DNA from: a virus
Taxonomy: Duplodnaviria > Caudoviricetes
DNA: 64,000 nt
IMG/VR virus record: IMGVR_UViG_3300037400_001273
Span: 1-64,000 of that record
Reading direction: 5' to 3' (one strand)
Position numbers and translations under genes: made by a program. Below are positions 57,001-64,000 of the stretch, in pieces. Position 1 is the first letter of the stretch. Each line of letters starts with the position of its first letter. The notes under the pieces were generated by a model. The model worked only from the letters and a program-made list of their open reading frames with translations. It had not been told where the DNA came from and searched no databases.

Positions 57001-59458
57001 AATCAAATACAGGTCCTTTTTGGAAAGCTTCATATCCATTTAAAGTAGCAGCATTATAAGTATTAGCTCGTCCAGAACTTATACCATCATATTCTGAAGA
57101 AGATGTATCATTTCCTGTATTTTCTATATCAATATATTCAACTCTACTTACATCAGTTTCTAATTTTTCAACGGTTTGATCGAAAACAGATTTTAAAACA
57201 AATGGGTTATTTGTATTACCACCTGTTGCAATTGTATGCATTTCACTTTCAAGTCTATCAGCTGTACTATTTAATGTAGATTGTGTAACAAAACCATTTC
57301 CTACTAATCCTGTTACTGTATTAGTTCCATCTTGAGAAGCAACTCTTTTATAAATATGTCTAATTAAATCATCCTCATTACTACCTGTTTGTCCTGTGAT
57401 AGCTTCACTTATTTGGTCAGCAGTGATTTTAAAATTAGCCATTTTAGAAGTTACTGATTCAAATAATTGAATTGAATATTTATCTAGATATTGATTATTA
57501 TTATCTTTCTTAATCTTTATAAAAAAAGTAAGTACTGAACTTGCAGCATCACTTGAAATATCGAGTCTAATAGATTCTGGATTAGTTACTTTAATCCATC
57601 CTTGACTTGCATTATCAAGAGTACCTAAACTATTAATTTGAATTGCATTTCCAAATTTATAATAAATTGTATCAATGCAAACACACTTCATAAAATAAGT
57701 ATGTCCTTTTTCAAGATTTGCAGTAACTCTTGCTTTTTCACTAAAAGTTCCAGAATTATCAATACTAAATGTAGTAGTGATTTTATGATTTGCATCTAAA
57801 CTATTATCATCTGCAAATTCTTCTACAAGCTCTAATGAATAATCAGCAACACTTTGATTAATTGAATCTTTTGTAGATTCAATAATAGATTGTAGTGTTC
57901 TATAATTATTTCCGTCTTTTAAATATTCTAATACTGTTGCATTAATACGATCAGCAGTCATTCCAAGTTCTGTACCTTTAAATTCATCACTATTTAAATA
58001 GTTTGCAACAGTAGCAGTTATTGTTTCTGGTGTTAATGTTAAATTAGATAATTGACCACCATTTTTTAAACTTCTAATAGCAGATGCTACAATTCCTTCA
58101 GCAGTTTGTGATAATTGTGATTGTGTTAAATATTTTTGAACACATACTTTTACATCAACAGCTTCTGTTAATTGAGCAGCACCATTATATTGAATATAAA
58201 GGTATCTATCGTTTTCATCAGGAATAGCTTCATTATTCCCATCTAATTGTACAACAGTTGGAGAGTTTACTCCATCAAGAGTTAATTCTTGCCAATCTGC
58301 ATCAGAATAATTTGGAATAGATGAACTTGTTTTTATTTTAAACTGATAATTTAAAGGAATTACTTCATCACCATCAGCTTTATCCCAAGACATATAATAA
58401 TATGTTTCTTTATCGAGTGCTCCTTGTACTCTACGAACTTCTCCAGGATTAGTATTAACAGGGAATCTAACAGTTTCAATAACTTCTAAATTAACATCTC
58501 TAACTGTTTGAGATATTAAACTATCAGTCATTCTCTTTACTGCTGATTTAAGAGTAGAATTATTAGGATCACTAAAATCAGATGTTTTAACATATTGTGA
58601 CATTTCACCTTTAACAACATCCCATTCTTCACCTATTTCTCTAACTCTATCTTCAGCATCATTCATATTTTGTAATGTCTTCTGGTACATTCCATTAGCA
58701 CAATCAACAAAATCTTGGAATTTTGTTACTTGCTAAGTTTCACCATTAATATTAGTCATTTCAAAATTCTTCTTTCCTATTGCTATATCAACGTAATCTA
58801 ATACTTTGTTAGCAATAGTATTTTCATCATTAACATATGTTCCTTGAATACCCCACATTGTTTTAAGTCCATTTACAGTATTACTGATTTCATGTAAACT
58901 TTCTGGAGTAATTTCACCATTTGTTAATGCTTCTAAATCATTTTGAGCAGAAGTTAAAAGAGCATGGGCATTTGATAAATCTCTGTTAGCTTCATTTAAT
59001 GCTTGACGTACTTCACCATTATCTCCAAAATATTGTGCGTACATTGTTTGCATTGAAGCTACTGTAGCTTGTCCTTCGGTAATTGCTTGATTGATTTGTT
59101 CTTGTGCTTCTCTTAATGCAATTTGTGCAGCAGTATTACCTGTGGCTACATCACCAACAAGAGCGTTAGCAGTATTAATAGCATTATTAACAGCCTCTCT
59201 TGCGTCAGCTAAAGCGTTTTCTACAGCGTTTAATGCTGCTTGGTGAATTACATCTGCATCTATAGAAGCACCATCAATTTCTGCATTTGCTACAGCTGTT
59301 TTAACATCATCATTCCATAGCCCAGATAATTGAGCTAATGGAATGTTGATATTTTTATAACTACCATCTGATAGTTTTTGTACAGCAGAGACATAAGTAA
59401 GATCCTTATTTATGTCTTTTGCATTTATTGATTCAAAACTTGATAATTTTCTGTTCAT
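54092..59458 (-). CDS. Large fibre-like protein, 1788 aa
   Basis: Five track ORFs in one frame joined through TAGs 58733, 55736, 55655, 55163, 54812, 54347; coiled coil and repeated SQxKQTAxxI segments alternating with beta domains. Confidence 0.8.
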
Positions 59459-61650
59459 GACATTCTAATTTTATCGTTATAAGGATTATCATCATATAAT
59501 TGAGCTTTTTCAATAAGAACTTTATCTTGATCTACTTGAGCCTCAATTGTTTTATAATCTCTGTCTGTTTGTGCTTTATACATATTAACTTGTTTGTCGT
59601 ATTCTATTTTACGAGCATCTAATTGCATACGAGCTTCATTAAGATTTTCAACTTTAGATTTAAGTTGAGCGTTTTCGTTTTGAAGTTGTTGTAATTGTTG
59701 TTGTGCTTCTTGTAACTGTTGTTGAAGTTGTTGAATTACATTATTCTCTTCCTTCTGTTTCTTTAAAGCTCTTCTGATTTTTATTTTAACATCAGTAGGA
59801 CTTTTACAAGTTACAATTTCAAATAGAATATCGGCAGGAAGTTGTCCACCTTTAATAAAATCAGGAAGTACTGCTTTTATTTGTTCAAGGTCTTGAACAA
59901 GATCTGAAGTAGTAACTACACTAATGTCATAATCAGTTACTGTGAAATGTTCAGGTAAAGCAGTAAATATCTTTTGTCGTTTATCACCTAAAATAATAGT
60001 TCCTGTTATTCCTTTCTTGTAAACAACTTTTGCTACATTTAAAGAATCAATAAGTAGTTCAGCAGTAATAGTATCCATTTGATGGAACCATTGTTTAGTA
60101 ACAATAAATGAGTTTTGAACTCCTTGTTTAATATTACTAACTGCATCACGTTGTTCGATTCCTTGTAGTCTTTCTCTGAATACTCCTGTTATAGAAGAAC
60201 AATTATCTTCTACATCTTGAATAGCTAATTGAATACCTTGAATAGCTTGTACTTTAATAGTATCATCAAATCCGTTAAAAGTTTGATTAAGTGGAGCTTG
60301 TCCAGAAGCTATTCTTCCTTCTTGAGCTGTATCAATTAGTCCTACTCCGGCTTTTTTGTAACTGATCCATTTAAGCAATCTTTCTGCTGGTTCTGGTCCT
60401 AAGTATGTTGGAATAAGGGAAGTATCGATCCAATCACCAACAGTTCCACTATTTGCAATAAGATTATCTCTGAAAAAGTGTAATATATCATACTTGTCTT
60501 GAAGATGTGCACAAGCGAGAACTAATGAATATGGTTCATCGCTTCTATTTAAGAAATATAAACCATTAATTGATAATGTACAATATGCAGGATCGTCTTT
60601 AGAACGAACTACATTTTCATTCTTACCTCTTAATATGAAGAAGCTATCTTCAGATTGATTATCTCCAATACGGATAGTTTCGTATCTTTGCATAATAAAG
60701 TCTTTGTCTGTTTCAATCCATTCAACTTCATATACAGGAATTAATCTATAATTAGCATTACTTTTAGCATCAAGTCCAAAAGTACTTTCAAATCTTGCTT
60801 GAATACCTTCTGACATTGGAGAAGGGATTCCTTCAAGACCTCTCATATAGAAACTTCCACCTTGGTCTAATTCCTCAAATTCTTCTTTAAGACGAGCAAC
60901 GTCTTCATCAGATAATTCTTTTCCATAACGAGCTAAGATTTCTGGACGTGTCATCCATTTTCTTACAACTGCTCTATATGAATCTTTTACATAAGGAGAT
61001 TCAGGGTTTCTATCAATAAAAGTATTACGAGGATCTAATACTTCTATTTCAACATTTGTTTTTCCAGAAGATGGTTTTGCTTTATAAAAAGTATATCCTG
61101 TTATAAATAGGTCAAGAAGAATTGTTTTTAACTTAGTTAATAAGTCAGTTCTTCTACTCTAAAGAATATACTGAACTATATTTTGAGCAGCAACTTCATA
61201 TTCAGATATGAAGTCTTCCTCTATATCTTCCATTAATTGATCTAATTGTCTTTTGATTGAAGCATCATCCATTGCCTAACCAGTAATGAACTTTAAAATA
61301 TTATTTTGTAAATGATGACTCAAAAATTCTTTAAATTGAGCATCTATTTTAAGTTGCTTCTCTCTTTGAATATTTGTTATTGTTTCTTTATCTTTACACG
61401 TAATTTTTGGTAATATAGGAGTTCCTAAAAATTCTCCAACCATCGCATCAACGTGTTTTCTTACCAACGGAGTAAATTCAACAGAAGTAGGTGTACCTAT
61501 TCCGAAATTGTCTTCGAGATACTTATATTGTTCAGCATCTCGTTTTCCGTTGTATATATTATACGCTTTCTGAAGTTCAATTTTATCGAATACTAAGTCA
61601 GAAATCGTTCTATTTGTTAATTTAATTAATCTTTCGTCTTCGTTAGTCAT
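59455..61650 (-). CDS. Portal protein, 731 aa
   Basis: Joined through TAGs 61276 and 61159; YNGKRD..YKYL..GIGTP...PLVRKHVDAMVGE; C-terminal coiled coil; follows terminase. Confidence 0.85.
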
Positions 61651-61933
61651 TAGGGAAAACTCTATATAATCCAAATAATTCTACTCTATCTAAACCTCGT
61701 GTTCTTAACTCTTCATAAATATATTTTAAAAATTTATCACGAGGAAGCTGTCCATCTATAAATATAGGATTCTGACCATGAAGTAAATCAATCGCAACAG
61801 AATATCCAATTGGATATAAAGGCTTAACATCAAGTTTTCCTATAAACTTACATTCGTATAATTCTTCAATCATACAAATTACTTCTTTTTTAATAGTCTC
61901 TATATCTTGGGTTTGTTTGTCTTCCATATCCAT
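61643..61933 (-). CDS. Small conserved protein between terminase and portal
   Basis: ORF track; overlaps both neighbours. Confidence 0.65.
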   Translation of the reverse strand: MDMEDKQTQDIETIKKEVICMIEELYECKFIGKLDVKPLYPIGYSVAIDLLHGQNPIFIDGQLPRDKFLKYIYEELRTRGLDRVELFGLYRVFPND

Positions 61934-63221
61934 AAGTTTTAGTTGGAGCGGTCATTATTAATTTAGGAGCATACTTATCTGGTATTACACCAAAATGTCT
62001 AACTCCTTTTTCATCTTTATAATATCCTATATCGTTATATTTTATTTGCACAGGTGCAACTGTTTTAGGAACTAAAGAACCTAATTCTTCATTACCCATA
62101 AGTGCCATACCTGTAGCAGCAATAATATCGAATTTACGTTTTTCTTCATCACTATATTTGTTTGCTTCCACAAGAAACTCTTCAAACCAAATACTTTGTG
62201 AGAAGTCGTTTATATAATCTCTTGTTAAATCAGTATGGTGATCAATATTAGCTAAAGTAGCTGGTACACCATATTGTAATCCAGCTCTATGTTTTCTTGT
62301 AACATCAGAAAAACAAATACTAGGACGTTTCATTAAATAATTTAACCATCCTTTATCTCTACAATATCCAACTAAAGATACACGAGATGCCTCTATGTTT
62401 ATTAAACAATTATAATACATTGCTAATTTAATAGCGGTCTCATGTGCTTCTCTTATATCTTGTGGTCTATCTTTATAAATAGCAACAATTTGTGGATCTT
62501 GTATTCCAAATGCTCTTTTATATATTACTATACAGAAATCAGATGGATCTTTTGTATATTCAGATGTATCTTGTTTACCTAAGTCAATACCGTCACAACC
62601 TGCAACATAGAGATTTGCTTGCTTATCTGGTGGATTCCAGATAACCATTCCGTTTTCATCTTTCTTTGGAGGACATTCCCATAAAGGATGTTCAAGAATT
62701 TTAATTGTACCAGGTCCTTGTTGTGTAGATTGCCAAGTAACACCATTTACATTTTCATGTGTATGTTGTTTTCCAGAAGCATAATTAAATTTAAGAACAC
62801 CATAATCAAACTTAGGACATTGTTTTAATACACGAATACGCATCAATTGTTCTGCAATAAGAACTTTATTAAATTTGTTTTCACCCTCAAGTGCAAACGC
62901 TTCTTCTGCATTATAACAATACTCAGCACAGTGTTCAATTAAAGCTTTAGGATTTTTAATCTTAGATCTATCTAAGTCTAATTGTTCTTTATAATTTTCC
63001 CATAAGCAATAACCTCTTTCATCTAATAGACGTCTTTTAACTCCATCAGAATCTTCACCAAATTCAGTTACTGCTCCAATATAAGAAGGAATAAAATATG
63101 AACTTTCAACCCAATCGCCTGTTGGTGTATAATTATGATAAAATGGTAATACATCGAAAGATTCTGGATCATTATACATATCCGCAAGATCTGCAAGTGC
63201 AACACCTTTATCACCTCCAGT
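61890..63221 (-). CDS. terL: Terminase large subunit, 3' exon
   Basis: Starts TGGDKG after intron terminal G; nuclease motifs YVAGCDGID, DFCIVIYKR, NIEASR, KFDIIAA. Confidence 0.85.
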   Translation of the reverse strand, partial: TGGDKGVALADLADMYNDPESFDVLPFYHNYTPTGDWVESSYFIPSYIGAVTEFGEDSDGVKRRLLDERGYCLWENYKEQLDLDRSKIKNPKALIEHCAEYCYNAEEAFALEGENKFNKVLIAEQLMRIRVLKQCPKFDYGVLKFNYASGKQHTHENVNGVTWQSTQQGPGTIKILEHPLWECPPKKDENGMVIWNPPDKQANLYVAGCDGIDLGKQDTSEYTKDPSDFCIVIYKRAFGIQDPQIVAIYKDRPQDIREAHETAIKLAMYYNCLINIEASRVSLVGYCRDKGWLNYLMKRPSICFSDVTRKHRAGLQYGVPATLANIDHHTDLTRDYINDFSQSIWFEEFLVEANKYSDEEKRKFDIIAATGMALMGNEELGSLVPKTVAPVQIKYNDIGYYKDEKGVRHFGVIPDKYAPKLIMTAPTKTYGYGRQTNPRYRDY

Positions 63222-64000
63222 CGTTATGTTATCTTATAAGTTTTTTATCTTATAATTCTTATGTTTTGATTCACATAAGTCCAGCGTACATTTTCATTTA
63301 ATTAATAAATGTCGGACACTCTTGGATATATTATATTCTATTATAAAATAGGTTCAATATCTACGCGTTACACTATTTAATTATATTATTAATTAAATTA
63401 GCACGGTATTTCCATCTCAGGATTCACCGTTTTTGCCCGATTTAAGGGCGGCAAAATCATTAATATAAATATTATATTTTCTGTCTAAATAAATATTAGA
63501 ATTTTTATACATCAATTCAGCTGCTTTATTAGCTTTTGAAGTACTATAAGAAAGTCTATATGTTGCCTTATTACAATTAGGTTTTTGCATAATATAACCT
63601 TTACCTAAATATTTTTCAACTCCTTCTAAAAAATTTTTTGTTCCAACAAACATTAATGATTCTTCTAAATTTTTATTTTTATTACTATGTTGATAAACAC
63701 CTAATGTACCATCACCATCAAAATAACCTCTTATAAAATCATAAATTAATTTTTTATCAGAAAAAATATTTTCATCAGGAAATGTTAAAATTAAAGATTT
63801 ATTAGGAACACAACCTAATTTATACAAACTGTTCCATAAATGTTCATTAGTTAAAACAGTTCTTACAATATATAAAATCTTTCCATCTTTATTTTTATTA
63901 TCTTTACTTCCAAATTGATGTGTTTCATAAACATTTAATCCTTTATCATAATTCATAAATTCGTTGAATTTTTTAAGATGATCTATATCTTTTAAAGATA
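63222..64000 (-). mobile_element. Group I intron in terminase gene (5' end outside window)
   Basis: AAAACGGTGAA / AATACCGTG pairing, GCGTA / TACGC pairing, ends ...ATAACG just before the in-frame TGG motif. Confidence 0.75.
63417..64000 (-). CDS. Intron-encoded LAGLIDADG homing endonuclease (partial)
   Basis: YDFIRGYFDGDG; frame open to the window edge. Confidence 0.85.
   Translation of the reverse strand, partial: SLKDIDHLKKFNEFMNYDKGLNVYETHQFGSKDNKNKDGKILYIVRTVLTNEHLWNSLYKLGCVPNKSLILTFPDENIFSDKKLIYDFIRGYFDGDGTLGVYQHSNKNKNLEESLMFVGTKNFLEGVEKYLGKGYIMQKPNCNKATYRLSYSTSKANKAAELMYKNSNIYLDRKYNIYINDFAALKSGKNGES

Noticed and set aside
45633-59458. Diversity-generating retroelement or shufflon on the fibres
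   Set aside because: No reverse transcriptase, no adenine-specific repeat pair, no recombinase or repeated crossover sites seen.
2042-61276. ORF-track fragments as pseudogenes or separate small genes
   Set aside because: Breaks are all TAG, frames continue, and read-through restores stop/start coupling.
5277-63301. Short plus-strand ORFs (for example 5277, 7863, 11390, 37911, 49153, 63098)
   Set aside because: Antisense shadows of long minus-strand genes with no motifs.
1-64000. tRNA genes or CRISPR arrays
   Set aside because: No cloverleaf or spaced direct repeats noticed; intergenic space is explained by terminators and promoters. A tRNAscan run would confirm.
1-64000. Assignment to a specific Crassvirales family
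   Set aside because: Capsid N-terminus and recoding suggest a delta- or zeta-type lineage from memory, but this needs a terminase or capsid phylogeny.

Overview
The window is the late (virion) region of a crAss-like phage (Crassvirales; Bacteroidota host inferred), with all genes on the minus strand. In transcription order: terminase large subunit (3' exon, preceded by a group I intron), portal, tail-fibre genes, an accessory cassette (two-domain glycosyltransferase, PI-PLC-like phosphodiesterase, HTH, membrane proteins), holin and M15 endolysin, scaffold-like protein, major capsid protein split by two group I introns with homing endonucleases, ring/tail-tube and IHF-like genes, tail stabilization/muzzle-like genes, and the ejected cargo proteins including a 3125-aa protein with an SF1 helicase. 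The supplied ORF track is fragmented because TAG is read as a sense codon, most likely Gln (code 15). I found 43 in-frame TAGs by hand and no gene ending in TAG, so coordinates below are re-called with read-through. No tRNA, CRISPR array, reverse transcriptase or recombinase was seen. Best leads: a recurrent hydrophobic-x-x-Gly-Gly motif bracketing cargo modules, 5'-biased TAG placement, a PI-PLC-like gene beside the lysis genes, a 20-bp inverted repeat around a host-type promoter, and a swapped SGNH fibre tip. All product calls are motif recognition from memory, not database searches.
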